64,000 bases of DNA, taken from a bacterium. Lineage in GTDB: Bacteria; Electryoneota; Electryoneia; Electryoneales; Electryoneaceae. Under the pieces are notes generated by a model. The model made no database searches, was not told the origin of the DNA, and was given only the letters and a program-made list of their open reading frames with translations. Of the stretch, positions 28,422 to 39,008 are shown one piece after another. The position numbers and the translations under genes were made by a program. How positions within the stretch are numbered: position 1 is the stretch's first letter; each line of letters begins with the position of its first letter. The stretch covers positions 1,792,001 through 1,856,000 of the forward strand of contig CAXXKJ010000002.1 in assembly GCA_963675295.2 (NCBI GenBank), written 5' to 3'.

Positions 28422-30971
28422 ATGAACTGGATCCAGAACCTGCTGCGTGGTGATCGGGATGAAGGCGATCCAGCCGGAAATCTCGAGGATTTACGCCGTC
28501 GTTTCGACAGTTTCCGTGAGCTGGTCGAGAAGAACAACGAAGTGCTTGGCCTGATCGGCGACATGGAAGAGAAGGCGCAGGGCGAATTTCTCTTCGACAT
28601 CGCGTATGTGCGCGGCTGTGTTGACCGTGTTGAGGCGGCGGTGGGAACGGTCATTGATCTGATCATCGAGATCGGCGGCCTGGAATACGAAACATTGCGC
28701 GCCCGTTACGCCGCCATCCTTGGCCAGATCCACAATCTCCTGCCCGGGTCGGATTTCCACCACGGCGGCCCGCTGATTCTCGACTTCGAACGCATCAACC
28801 GGATTCACAGCTCCAGTGTCGGCGGCAAGAACGCACAGCTCGGTGAAATGCGAGAGCTCGGGCTGCGCGTTCCGGACGGATTCGCGATCACCGCCGCTGG
28901 GTTCCGGCTGTTCCTCAAGGACAACAAGCTCAACGAGTTGATCCAGGATACGCTGAAGCAGCTCGATATCAAGTGCCAGCAGGATCTGGTCAACGCCAGT
29001 GGCTTGCTGCGTGCGATGATTCTCGCGGCACCGATTCCGGCAGAGCTTGCGGACTCGATCAAGACGTCGTATGAGGAGCTGACGAAACGGACGGGCGAGG
29101 AGTTGATCGCCCTGCGTTCCAGCGCGGTCGGCGAGGACACGCTCTACAGTTTCGCGGGGCAGTACTCGAGCTTCCTCAACGTGAGCAAGGATCAACTGCT
29201 GCTGAAGTATCGCGAAATTCTCTCCAGCAAATACAGCCCGCGTGCGATCTACTACTTCCTCAGCCATTCGCTGGAAGAGGCCGGCCTGTCGATGAGTGTC
29301 GGTTGTACACGGATGGTGGACGCGGCCAGCAGTGGAGTGATCTACACCCGCGATCCGCTCGATCCGGACAGCGAGTGCATTCATGTGCACGCGATTTACG
29401 GGCTAGGCCCGTACCTCGTCGGCGGTACGTTGACGCCGGATGTCTTCACCATCCACCGCGACGGATTCAAGGTAGAGAGCCGCACGATCCGTGACAAACC
29501 GGTGCAACTTCGCCCGGCGGCGAAGGGCGGAACGGAAGAACACCCGGTTGAGGAAGGCCGTCGCAGCGAACCGTGCCTGAACGATGAACAGTTGGCCGAA
29601 CTCGGTGAGCTGGCAGTGAAGCTGGAAGAGCATTACGACCATCCGCAGGACATCGAGTTCGCGTACGATCAGGATGGCAAGCTGTTCCTGTTGCAGTCGC
29701 GTCCGCTACGGACCATCTGCACGCAGCCGTCGTTTGAACTGCCTGATATGAGCGGACATATCAAGATTGCATGCGGCGGAACGACGGTCTGCCCCGGCGC
29801 GGGGCTGGGTCGCGTGGTCCACGTTTCGAGCAAGGAATCGCTGGAGGACGTGGAACAGGGCGACGTGGTGGTCGCGGCGAATCCGATGCCGTCGATTGGG
29901 CTGGTGCTGGACAAGGTGTCGGCGGTGGTGACCGAGGTAGGCTCTTCCGCCAGCCACTTGGCGGCGCTGGTGCGTGAACGGCGCATCCCGACGATTGTTG
30001 GCGTTGCCCAGGCACGCAGCCGTCTGCCCCGGGGCGAGGTGGTGACCGTGGATGCGACCGGAACCTGCATCTACTCCGGCGAACATCAGAAGCTGGTGCA
30101 GGCGCGTCTTCCGGAATATGACCTTTTCCAGGACACGGCGATTTTCGACATGTTACGGCGGTTGTTAAAGATGATCAGCCCGCTGAACATGGTCAATCCG
30201 GGCGATCCGGAATTCCGCGCGGAACGTTGCCTGACACTGCATGATATTGTCCGTTATTCCCACCAACGCGGGATCGAGGAAATCTTCTCACACGCCCGCA
30301 GCCTCGGCAAACGCAAGGAATTTGGCGCTCAACTGAAGTCGGTGCTGCCGTTGCCGGTCCATGTGCTCAACCTGGAAGAGCCGGAAGTTCCGGGCCGGAA
30401 GCAGGTGTACGACGACAACTCGCTGCCCTCGGAACCGATGCAAATGTTCTGGAACGGGATGCTGCAGGAAAAGTGGCCGTTCGCATATCCCGATCCGACA
30501 CGGTTGCAGGTTGCGCGTGACAAGGACGCCGGACTGCCGGTTGAGGAACAATTTACTGAACACAGTTTCGCGGTGATCCGCAAAGAATACATGCTCGCCA
30601 GTCTGCGTCTCGGCTATCACTTCACCAGCGTCGAGGCGGAACTGTGCGACGACCCGAACCGCAACTTCATCCGCGTGCATTACAAGGGTGGCGGTGCGGC
30701 CGATGAACGCCGCCGTCGGCGAATTTCGCTGCTTGAGGAACTGCTCGACCGGATGGGCTTCGAGCACACGGTCAAGTCCGACTTCATTGATTGCCGTGCG
30801 CAGTTCCTGCCCCGTGACCAGGCGGAGTTGAACCTTCAGCGGGTTGGACGCCTGGTGATGCTGACGAAGCAGCTGGACATGGCGTTGTCCAACGAACGGA
30901 TCACCCGCTGGTACATTGAAGATTTTGCGCGCAAATTGGATCTCGAACACAAGCAGGCTTTCCCGCTATGA
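28422..30971 (+). CDS. PEP-synthase-like dikinase (ATP-grasp and His swivel) with a non-canonical C-terminal domain
   Basis: VGGKNAQLGE, RSSAVGED..SFAGQY, QDIEFA, LQSRPL; TEVGSSASHLAA His motif; no PEP-binding barrel motifs seen. Confidence 0.85.
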   Translation: MNWIQNLLRGDRDEGDPAGNLEDLRRRFDSFRELVEKNNEVLGLIGDMEEKAQGEFLFDIAYVRGCVDRVEAAVGTVIDLIIEIGGLEYETLRARYAAILGQIHNLLPGSDFHHGGPLILDFERINRIHSSSVGGKNAQLGEMRELGLRVPDGFAITAAGFRLFLKDNKLNELIQDTLKQLDIKCQQDLVNASGLLRAMILAAPIPAELADSIKTSYEELTKRTGEELIALRSSAVGEDTLYSFAGQYSSFLNVSKDQLLLKYREILSSKYSPRAIYYFLSHSLEEAGLSMSVGCTRMVDAASSGVIYTRDPLDPDSECIHVHAIYGLGPYLVGGTLTPDVFTIHRDGFKVESRTIRDKPVQLRPAAKGGTEEHPVEEGRRSEPCLNDEQLAELGELAVKLEEHYDHPQDIEFAYDQDGKLFLLQSRPLRTICTQPSFELPDMSGHIKIACGGTTVCPGAGLGRVVHVSSKESLEDVEQGDVVVAANPMPSIGLVLDKVSAVVTEVGSSASHLAALVRERRIPTIVGVAQARSRLPRGEVVTVDATGTCIYSGEHQKLVQARLPEYDLFQDTAIFDMLRRLLKMISPLNMVNPGDPEFRAERCLTLHDIVRYSHQRGIEEIFSHARSLGKRKEFGAQLKSVLPLPVHVLNLEEPEVPGRKQVYDDNSLPSEPMQMFWNGMLQEKWPFAYPDPTRLQVARDKDAGLPVEEQFTEHSFAVIRKEYMLASLRLGYHFTSVEAELCDDPNRNFIRVHYKGGGAADERRRRRISLLEELLDRMGFEHTVKSDFIDCRAQFLPRDQAELNLQRVGRLVMLTKQLDMALSNERITRWYIEDFARKLDLEHKQAFPL

Positions 30972-32338
30972 AGAATCCAATTGCACGTGTGCGCCGACTC
31001 TGGGTCCGGCTGGTCCAGTCAAGGTACTTGATCCCGGCGACAGCGATCATGTTCGTGATCGTGTTTGCCGGGTCGACCTACCTGCTGTTCCGTTCCGCGC
31101 AGAGCACGGGCTTCCTGCGGCATCAGATTGCGCTACTTGCCGGCCTGGTGTTCATCATGTTTCTCTTCGGCCTGATGATCGCGGCGTACCAGCAGCGACT
31201 AAGTAAGAAACTGCGGCTGGTGATCGGTGAACAGGACCAGATTCTCGCCAGCGTGCTGACCAACAGCGTCGACGCGATTATCGTCTTTGACAATGAGGAA
31301 CGCATCCAGATGTGGAACCGGGGTGCGCAGCTCATCTTCGGTTTTTCGCCGGAGGAGATGCTCGGGCAATCGTTCCGCGTCCTGATTCCTCCAGACATCA
31401 ACCCCGAGGAAGAAATCAAGCGGCTGGACAGCATGGTCGCAAAGTACGGGTATGTACAGAATTACGTGACTCATCGAATGACGAAGGATGGCAGGCGGAT
31501 CACGGTCGATATCTCGCGCACCCCCTACCGAAACGAAAACGGGGAGTACGAGGGCTGCACTTCGGTGGTCAAGGATGTGACCGAGAAGCTGGAGTTCGAT
31601 CAGAAGATGTACAACGCCGAAAAGCTGGCGTCGATTGGTTTGCTGGCGTCCGGTGTCGCGCATGAGATCAACAACCCGTTATCGATTGTGCTCGGGTTTA
31701 CCGATTTGCTGAAGGAACGCTTCCCCGAAGACAGTTCCGAATGGCAGGACCTGGACAAGATCGAAAGCAACGCCGTCCAGGCGAAGAAAATCGTCGAGGA
31801 TCTGCTCGGCTTCAGCCGCACCAAGCAGGGCGTCGACAAGGCAGCGAACCTGGCTGAAAGCGTCGAATCGCTGACCGGGTTCATCCGGCAGACACGGATT
31901 GTGAAGAAGGTCGAGCTGGAGGTAGACCTGACGAACAGTTTGCCATTGGTCAACGGCGATCCACGTGAAATTCAACAGGTGCTGCTGAACCTGGTCAACA
32001 ACGCTGTCGCGGCGATGGATGGCAAGGAAGGCCTTGTTCGCATTCATGCCAAACAGTTGGATGAAGACTGGGTCGAGCTGCAGGTTGAAGACAACGGCAA
32101 AGGCATTTCGGCTGACGACAAGCAGCGCGTGTTTGACCCGTTCTTCACAACCAAGGAATTCGGTGAGGGGACGGGTTTGGGCTTGTCACTGTGTTACGGG
32201 CTGGTGAAAAAGTGGGGTGGATCGATCGAGTTCACCAGTTTGACCTCGGAGGAAAGCCCGGACGGCAGCAGCGGCACGACATTCACGATACGAATTCCGG
32301 TTTATGACGCCGAATTCAACCCGGAGGCGGCCTCATGA
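30968..32338 (+). CDS. Membrane PAS sensor histidine kinase
   Basis: Two TM helices, PAS (WNRGAQLIFG), AHEINNPL, NLVNNA, DNGKG, FFTTK, GTGLGL; 4-bp overlap with the upstream gene. Confidence 0.93.
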   Translation: MKNPIARVRRLWVRLVQSRYLIPATAIMFVIVFAGSTYLLFRSAQSTGFLRHQIALLAGLVFIMFLFGLMIAAYQQRLSKKLRLVIGEQDQILASVLTNSVDAIIVFDNEERIQMWNRGAQLIFGFSPEEMLGQSFRVLIPPDINPEEEIKRLDSMVAKYGYVQNYVTHRMTKDGRRITVDISRTPYRNENGEYEGCTSVVKDVTEKLEFDQKMYNAEKLASIGLLASGVAHEINNPLSIVLGFTDLLKERFPEDSSEWQDLDKIESNAVQAKKIVEDLLGFSRTKQGVDKAANLAESVESLTGFIRQTRIVKKVELEVDLTNSLPLVNGDPREIQQVLLNLVNNAVAAMDGKEGLVRIHAKQLDEDWVELQVEDNGKGISADDKQRVFDPFFTTKEFGEGTGLGLSLCYGLVKKWGGSIEFTSLTSEESPDGSSGTTFTIRIPVYDAEFNPEAAS

Positions 32339-32724
32339 AACAGCGCATACTCGCCGTCGATGACGAACCCGACATGCTGATCCTGTTGCAGCGGATCATC
32401 ATGGAGAAGACGGCTTACGAGATTGTGACGACAAATTCGGCGCTGGAGGTGCCGGGTTTGCTCGACACGCAACAGTTTGACGTCGTGATCACCGACCTCA
32501 GCATGCCGAAGCTGGATGGGTTGGATATCCTGAAGCTGGTGCGTGACCGGGACAAGGGCGAGCTTGTTATCCTGATCACGGCCTTCGGAGATTATGAAAC
32601 GTCCGAGAAAGCCCGTGAACTAGGGGTTCATGATTATATTCACAAACCATTTCGCAAAGAGCAGATTCTGACAACGGTCGAGCAAGCGATGGAAATCCAG
32701 CGTGCTCGCAAAGCAGAATCGTAA
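32335..32724 (+). CDS. Single-domain response regulator
   Basis: AVDDE, ITDLSMP, ITAFG, HKPF; 4-bp overlap with the kinase. Confidence 0.92.
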   Translation: MKQRILAVDDEPDMLILLQRIIMEKTAYEIVTTNSALEVPGLLDTQQFDVVITDLSMPKLDGLDILKLVRDRDKGELVILITAFGDYETSEKARELGVHDYIHKPFRKEQILTTVEQAMEIQRARKAES

Positions 32725-32761
32725 CATAACCATGTGGCTGTTCACCTGAGGAGCGAACTAC

Positions 32762-33283
32762 ATGGAGCACCTTCACGCCGGGGACATCATGGTCCCCCTC
32801 GACCTTTACCCCCACATCCCCTATTGGTTTACCATCCGTCAGGCGATCGCCGAGATGGAATCGGCGGAGATCGAGACCAATGGGCGGCGTTCCATTCCGC
32901 GCGTGGTCCTGGTTTTCGACGAAACGTACCGTCTGATGGGCTTCATCCGTCGCCGTGACGTGTTGCACGGTCTGCTTCCCGGCTACCTGCTGGAGGACAC
33001 GGACAAGGAAATCCGTGAGGCGTACGACATCCACGTCGATCCGCATCTGAGCGAAGTGTTTGAAACGCAGGGCGAGGATATCAAGGAATTGTCCTCGCGT
33101 CCCGTGAGTTCGGTGATGCACCCGATTGTGCACAGCGTCCAGCATGACGACACACTGCTGAAGGTTGTCCAGGAGTTGGTCGTGAACAACGTGTACATGC
33201 TTCCCGTGATGAAGGAAGGGAAGATTGTCGGTGTTGTCCGGACACTGGATGTTTTGCACGCCGTGGCCAAGCTGGTTTTGTAA
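32762..33283 (+). CDS. CBS domain pair protein
   Basis: AGDIMVP..YP, VSSVMHP, LPVMKEGKIVGVVR. Confidence 0.85.
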   Translation: MEHLHAGDIMVPLDLYPHIPYWFTIRQAIAEMESAEIETNGRRSIPRVVLVFDETYRLMGFIRRRDVLHGLLPGYLLEDTDKEIREAYDIHVDPHLSEVFETQGEDIKELSSRPVSSVMHPIVHSVQHDDTLLKVVQELVVNNVYMLPVMKEGKIVGVVRTLDVLHAVAKLVL

Positions 33284-33365
33284 TCGAGAGAGAGTCGTGA
33301 TCTGAGTTCATTCCGCCGCCGCCAGCAGGGGGGCGAGTGTGGCGAAGCTAGCGAAGGACGTGCGG

Positions 33366-34919
33366 ATGGCTGAGCATAAACATGACCTGAAAAAGGGTGT
33401 GCCGCTCCACGACGAACAACATCACCCGGGGGGGCTGCCGCGGAAACCCCAGGATATTACTCTTGCTGAACCGCGCGATAAGCTGGACCTCAAGCGAATT
33501 ACGCTGATTGTTGTCGGTCTTCTGATGTTTACAGCGGTCTACATGTCGCCATCGTGGGGCGACGCTGTCGACCCGGTGGGGGATACGTTTGCGCTCTCAC
33601 GTGAGGGCAAGGCGGCGATCGGGCTGTTCCTGCTCGCGGCGACGTGGTGGGTGTTTGAGGTCATACCAATTGGCGTTACCTCCATCGCCATCGGTGTGTT
33701 CCAGGCGATGTTCCTGATCCGTGATCCACGGGTCGCGTTCACCGATTTCTTCGATCCATCCGTGTGGTTCATCTTCGGTTCGCTGGTGATCGGCAAGGTC
33801 TTCTCCAAGACCGGGCTGACGCAGCGGATGGCGTACCGCATGCTGGTGATCGTAGGGGAGAAGACGGCGCTGATTCTGCTCGGTGTGTTCCTGATGACGT
33901 CCGCGATGACGCTCATCATGGCGCACACGGCCGTCGCGGCAGCGATGTATCCGCTGTTGCGCGCGATCTACTCGATGTATTCGACGTCCTCTACGCCGAC
34001 GAAATTCGGGAAGGGGATGTTCATCGGAATGGCGTTCGTTGCCGGCGCGGGATCGATCATCACGTTGCTCGGCGCGGCACGTGGCGCGGTCGGCATCGGG
34101 TTCTTCAAGGACATTGTCGGACGGGAAATCTCGTTCTTCGAGTACTCGTACTACATGTTCCCGGTCGGCATGTTGATGACGATCCTTCTCTGGGTCTACA
34201 TCTGGTTCATCTTCAAACCGGAGAAAGCGCGCATTCCCGGCCTGCGGGCAAGAGCGAAAGATCTGTACCACCGTCTTGGCCCGATGAAGCGCAGCGAGTG
34301 GATCGCAATCATCCTGGTCGTCGGCGTGATCTTGTTCCTCAGCGCGCGGTCGTTTGTCCCGCTGCTGGAACCGTTCAGCAAGTCGGCGATCATCCTGATC
34401 ACGACGATCCTGTTCTTCATGTTTAAAATCCTCAACCTGAAGGATCTGGAAGAGATTCCGTGGAACATCATCCTGCTCTTCGGCGGAGCGATGAGCATCG
34501 GCTTCTGCCTCTGGCAGACCGGCGCGGCAACGTGGATGGCGGTACAGTTCATCATGCTGCTGCAGAATGCGAACTGGTTCGTGTTCGTGCTTGGGATTAC
34601 GGCGTTCGTGCTGATCATGACGAATCTGATCATGAACGTGGCGGCGATCGCGATTTCGTTGCCGGTGGCGCTGGTGATCGCGCAGTACCTGCATGTGGCA
34701 CCGGAAGTGATTTTCTTTGGCAGCCTGGTTGCGGCGGGGATGCCGTTCCTGTTCCTCGTCGGCGCGGCACCGAACGCTATCGCCTACGAGTCGAATCAGT
34801 TCACGTCAGGTGAGTTCTTCCGTGCGGGGATTCCGGCCAGTGTGCTGTTACTGGTTGTGGTCGGGTTGTTTGTCGCGTTCATCTGGCCGATGATGGGCAT
34901 GCCGATTTTGTTGCAGTGA
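33366..34919 (+). CDS. SLC13/DASS family anion (sulfate/dicarboxylate) transporter
   Basis: WWVFEVIPIGVT, IPWNIILLFGGAM, GAAPNAIAY; many TM helices; alternative GTG start at 33339. Confidence 0.9.
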   Translation: MAEHKHDLKKGVPLHDEQHHPGGLPRKPQDITLAEPRDKLDLKRITLIVVGLLMFTAVYMSPSWGDAVDPVGDTFALSREGKAAIGLFLLAATWWVFEVIPIGVTSIAIGVFQAMFLIRDPRVAFTDFFDPSVWFIFGSLVIGKVFSKTGLTQRMAYRMLVIVGEKTALILLGVFLMTSAMTLIMAHTAVAAAMYPLLRAIYSMYSTSSTPTKFGKGMFIGMAFVAGAGSIITLLGAARGAVGIGFFKDIVGREISFFEYSYYMFPVGMLMTILLWVYIWFIFKPEKARIPGLRARAKDLYHRLGPMKRSEWIAIILVVGVILFLSARSFVPLLEPFSKSAIILITTILFFMFKILNLKDLEEIPWNIILLFGGAMSIGFCLWQTGAATWMAVQFIMLLQNANWFVFVLGITAFVLIMTNLIMNVAAIAISLPVALVIAQYLHVAPEVIFFGSLVAAGMPFLFLVGAAPNAIAYESNQFTSGEFFRAGIPASVLLLVVVGLFVAFIWPMMGMPILLQ

Positions 34920-34931
34920 CTTGCAGCAAAG

Positions 34932-34973
34932 GACGCAACAGACGCAACAGACGCAACAGACGCAACAGACGCA
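34932..34973. repeat. Nonamer tandem repeat (GACGCAACA)x4.7
   Basis: Read directly. Confidence 0.9.
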
Positions 34974-35006
34974 GAAGAAAAACTGACAGTTCAGGTAGAA
35001 ACACTT

Positions 35007-35197
35007 GGGACACGTTCTCCGCAACGTGTCCCTGGTTCATTGCTTCTGGAGCAACAAGGCCGCGTCTGAAGACAGACACGGCCAAGTATTTTTCAGGTCT
35101 CAGGTCTCAGGTCTCAGGTCTCAGGTCAGGCCCTGGATACTCGACTTTCGACTTGGTTTTCAGTTACCGACCACCGAGAACCGAGTACCGAGTACCG
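35007..35197. repeat. Family A hairpin, (TCAGGTC)x5 and ACCGAGN heptamers
   Basis: 35007-35032 hairpin; 35093-35127 perfect heptamers; about 35166-35197 degenerate heptamers. Confidence 0.85.
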
Positions 35198-35199
35198 TT

Positions 35200-36177
35200 T
35201 CACCGGCTATCGCTGGCACCGAAGCTGCGCGGCATTGCGATTTCGCCTTTCAGCGCCCGGTCGAAGTAGCTGATCGTCTGCTGCAGCCCTTCCTTGAGCT
35301 GCACCTTCGGTTCCCAGCCGAGCACGTCCTTCGCGCGGGTGATGTCCGGCTTACGCTGCTTCGGATCGTCCTGCGGAAGGTCCTCGAAGCGGATCTCCAC
35401 CGAGCTGCCGATCTGCGAGCGGATCTCCTCCGCCAGTTCGAGGATGGTGAACTCGTTCGGGTTGCCGATGTTGACCGGCAGGTGGTAATCGTCCGTGTTC
35501 ATCAACCGCATCAGCCCGTCGATCAGGTCCGAAACGTAGCAGAAGCTGCGTGTCTGGGATCCGTCGCCGTACACGGTCAGCGGGTTTCCTTCCAGCGCCT
35601 GCACGACGAAATTGGAGACTACGCGTCCGTCGTTGGCGGCCATGCGCGGGCCGTACGTATTGAAGATGCGGGCGATGCGCGTGTCAACGTTGTTCTGGCG
35701 ATGGTAGTCCATGATCAACGTTTCGGCGGCACGCTTGCCCTCATCGTAGCAGCTGCGCACGCCGATCGGATTGACATGTCCCCAGTAGTCTTCCTGCTGC
35801 GGGTGGACCTGCGGATCGCCGTACACCTCAGACGTTGACGCCTGCAGGATTCTCGCCTTTACACGTTTCGCCATGCCGAGCATGTTGATCACGCCCATCA
35901 CGGACGTTTTGATCGTTTTGACGGAGTTGTACTGATAGTGCACCGGGCTGGCGGGGCAGGCGAGGTTGTAGATGGTGTCGACCTCGAGCAGAATCGGCTC
36001 AACAACATCGTGGCGCACGAGTTCGAAATGGTCGTGCTTGAGCACGTGACGGATATTTTCACGTGATCCGGTGAAGAAATTGTCCAGGCAGAGGACTTCG
36101 TGGCCCTGGTCCAACAGGCGGTCGATCAGGTGGCTGCCGAGGAACCCGGCGCCGCCGGTGACGAGCACACGTTTCAC
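35200..36177 (-). CDS. UDP-glucuronate decarboxylase (UDP-xylose synthase)-like SDR
   Basis: [41 protein letters not shown]. Confidence 0.93.
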   Translation of the reverse strand: MKRVLVTGGAGFLGSHLIDRLLDQGHEVLCLDNFFTGSRENIRHVLKHDHFELVRHDVVEPILLEVDTIYNLACPASPVHYQYNSVKTIKTSVMGVINMLGMAKRVKARILQASTSEVYGDPQVHPQQEDYWGHVNPIGVRSCYDEGKRAAETLIMDYHRQNNVDTRIARIFNTYGPRMAANDGRVVSNFVVQALEGNPLTVYGDGSQTRSFCYVSDLIDGLMRLMNTDDYHLPVNIGNPNEFTILELAEEIRSQIGSSVEIRFEDLPQDDPKQRKPDITRAKDVLGWEPKVQLKEGLQQTISYFDRALKGEIAMPRSFGASDSR

Positions 36178-36297
36178 ACGTTCCCCCTTGCGGAAACAGG
36201 TACGGATGTTGATGTCAAACGGTCAGGCGGAAAACTGATAAGCGGCGGCTCCCAACGCAAGCAGGAACCGCCGCTTTTTTCCGTGGAGGTATCCACG

Positions 36298-38028
36298 TCA
36301 GGCGTGGATGCTGTCCTCACCGATGTAGCCCTGGTTCGCAAGGTACAGCAGCACCTTGTGCACTGCTTCCTCGGGACTGAGCTCGGTGGTATCGATCACG
36401 ATCTCGGCGTTCTCCGGCACATCGTACGGATCGGAGATGCCTGTGAACTCCTTGATGATGCCCGCGCGCGCCTTGGCGTACAAGCCCTTGCGGTCACGCT
36501 GCTCGCAGACTTCGAGCGGCGTGTTAACGTGCACCAGGATGAAGCCGCCGAGCGGCTCGATCATTTCGCGGACGGCGGACCGGGTCGACTCATACGGCGC
36601 AATCGGCGCGCAGATGGCGATACCACGGTTCTTCGTGATTTCGCTGGCGACGAAGCCGATACGCAGGATGTTGATGTCGCGGTGTTCTTTCGAGAAGCCC
36701 AGCTCGCTGGACAGGTTCTTGCGGACGATGTCACCGTCCAGCAGCGTCACCGGACGTCCACCGATCTGCAGCAGCTTCGGCAGCAGCGCGTTGGCGACCG
36801 TCGACTTGCCGGAACCGGAAAGGCCGGTGAAGAAGACAGTGAAGCCCTGGCGGCTGCGTGGCGGGTAGGTCTTGCTGAGTTCGTTGACCACTTCCGGGTA
36901 CGAGAACCAGCTCGGAATTTCACGGCCATCGTGCAGACGGTTGCGGACTTCGCTTTCCTTCAACCGCCGGGTGCTGCGGCCGTTGTCAACCTCGGACTCG
37001 CGGGCGTAGGCGTCCCGTTCCGGCATGTACACCAGCTCTTCGTAAGGCCGGAGTTCGACGCCGAGGTCTTCCTTGTGCTCCTCGAACGCCTTGATGATGT
37101 CTTCCTGCGGCGGGGTCAGTTCCGGACCGTTGCCATTATCGGCTGAAAGGGTTGGACGGAACATGAAGATCGAAGAACCGTAGTTCTTGCGGATCAACGC
37201 TTGCAGCATCACTTCGCGCACGCCGGCCATCTTGAACGGCGAGGGCAGCAGACCGAGGATCGTCGTCTGCTGGGGGAAGTGCTTGATCACTTCGCGGTAG
37301 CAACGAATCCGCGTGTAATGGTCGATATCCTCACGCAGGATTTCGCCGACGGTCGGCTGAATGATCAGGTTGGCGTCGGTTTCCTTGGCGGCGAGACGGG
37401 TCGCTTCCACGTCCGGCCGGTGAATCGGATAGCGAGTGTCGAAGGACAGCATCTTGCGCCAACCGCGGCGACCGATTCGAGCGCGTACGTCACGCGGGGT
37501 CGCGCGCAGGTCCGGGAAGTCGTAGTGCAGCGGATACTGCACGCCTTCCACGCGTCCGCCGACATACACCGGGTTGGTCTTGCTCAGGTAGCTGGCGACG
37601 TAGCGGTTGGTCGGATCTTTAGTGCCGAACAGTGCCATCAATTCGGCGTCCTGGTCCGGGGTCCACTTGTCTTCCACATGCAGCACGGCGAGCATCACGC
37701 CTTCCTGGTCACGCAGGGTGATCTTGTCGCCGGCGTTGACGCCTTCTGCAAACTGCTCAGATATATCGAGCACGAAAGGCATCGGCCAGAAGACTCCATC
37801 CGGCAGACGCATTTCGCGCAGGACTCGGTCGTACTCGGAGCTGGTCATGTAGCCACGCAGCGGGGAGTAAGCGCCGCTGGTGAGGAGTTCGAGCTCGAGG
37901 GTCTGACGCGGGGTCAAGTCCCATGAAGCCCAATCTCGGGATTCCACACGGATTTCGTCATGTCGCTTCTCGTCGACCATCAGATCGACCAACGTGCCGC
38001 CGTGCGGACGGATCAAATGCTGTTCCAT
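36298..38028 (-). CDS. cysC: ATP-sulfurylase-like domain (degenerate) fused to adenylyl-sulfate kinase
   Basis: C-terminal TGLSGSGKST, LDGD, RDRKGLY, FTGISDPY intact; N-terminal Sat fold with altered catalytic motifs. Confidence 0.88.
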   Translation of the reverse strand: MEQHLIRPHGGTLVDLMVDEKRHDEIRVESRDWASWDLTPRQTLELELLTSGAYSPLRGYMTSSEYDRVLREMRLPDGVFWPMPFVLDISEQFAEGVNAGDKITLRDQEGVMLAVLHVEDKWTPDQDAELMALFGTKDPTNRYVASYLSKTNPVYVGGRVEGVQYPLHYDFPDLRATPRDVRARIGRRGWRKMLSFDTRYPIHRPDVEATRLAAKETDANLIIQPTVGEILREDIDHYTRIRCYREVIKHFPQQTTILGLLPSPFKMAGVREVMLQALIRKNYGSSIFMFRPTLSADNGNGPELTPPQEDIIKAFEEHKEDLGVELRPYEELVYMPERDAYARESEVDNGRSTRRLKESEVRNRLHDGREIPSWFSYPEVVNELSKTYPPRSRQGFTVFFTGLSGSGKSTVANALLPKLLQIGGRPVTLLDGDIVRKNLSSELGFSKEHRDINILRIGFVASEITKNRGIAICAPIAPYESTRSAVREMIEPLGGFILVHVNTPLEVCEQRDRKGLYAKARAGIIKEFTGISDPYDVPENAEIVIDTTELSPEEAVHKVLLYLANQGYIGEDSIHA

Positions 38029-38290
38029 GGTATTCCTGTTTTGTTAGGGCAAAACTGTTGACAGATTCGAGCTTCCTCACTCCGCGTACCAGTCCTCTGT
38101 CGGGGCGGGAATTTAGGTCAGCCTCACTCTTGGATCAACTGCTATTCCGGCTCTGTGGGTCGTTGTGTGAACCAGGTCACACGGGTTCTTGAGTTCCCGC
38201 CGGGCCAAAACTCGGTGTTCAGGTAGGAAAATTGTCCCTCATGCCCTTGCCCGTCAGGCACTTGGGATGTAAACTCCAGTCGCATGATGG

Positions 38291-38854
38291 GTGAGAAGGC
38301 AATCGTGTGACGACATCAACCTATGCAGACTGGAGGATTCCATTTTCTTCCGCAAGAAGCCCAATGATTTCGTAATTCTCGTTGTCTGCACGGCCAACAT
38401 CACGCGCAGTCCGTATATCGCGGCATTGTTGCGCAAAACGCTGGTCGAAAGCGGACTGCGGTTCCGGCGCCGGATTGTGGTGAAATCCGCCGGGACCAAC
38501 GCGACCGCGAATCAACAGGCGCTGCCGACCATCGCAACCATCGCCTACACACGTGGAATCGACCTACAGGAGCACCGCTCAACCCTGCTTACGGGTGAAC
38601 TGATCAGCGAGGCGTCGCTGGTCCTGACAGCGGAAATGCAGCACAAGGACTCGATTCTCAAGCGTTTCCCCGAAGCGTACGACAAGGTCTACCAGATCAC
38701 TGAATATGGCAGGCTGGGCAACGATCCTGGAATCCGGGATGTGATCGATCCGACCGGTCGTGATCTGGAGGAGTTCCAGGAGTTCGTCGGGATTGCACAC
38801 GAAGAAGTGAAGCGAGTGCTTGAACACATGGTTCGAATCGGAGCGATCGAATAG
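38291..38854 (+). CDS. Low-molecular-weight protein tyrosine/arginine phosphatase
   Basis: VCTANITRSP (CX5R), SAGT, DVIDP; start uncertain. Confidence 0.85.
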   Translation: MRRQSCDDINLCRLEDSIFFRKKPNDFVILVVCTANITRSPYIAALLRKTLVESGLRFRRRIVVKSAGTNATANQQALPTIATIAYTRGIDLQEHRSTLLTGELISEASLVLTAEMQHKDSILKRFPEAYDKVYQITEYGRLGNDPGIRDVIDPTGRDLEEFQEFVGIAHEEVKRVLEHMVRIGAIE

Positions 38855-39008
38855 CGGAGTCGTTGCTGGTATTTGGAGTTGCGGTGCTGGGATCTGCTCG
38901 CGAGGCAGGTTCAACCTCACGCGCCGGAACATTCCTACCTTTCAGCCATGCCTTACACGAAGTGCCCCCCCTTGGTAAACAGCTTGATATGCTTGGAGTT
39001 TGACGGCC

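Noticed and set aside
34916-35269. Arg-rich ORF (RNRRNRR)
   Set aside because: Product of nonamer and heptamer repeats in an intergenic region between convergent genes.
38030-38290. Possible SAM riboswitch or tRNA upstream of the sat-cysC fusion
   Set aside because: No SAM-I core or cloverleaf/T-loop pattern found on either strand.
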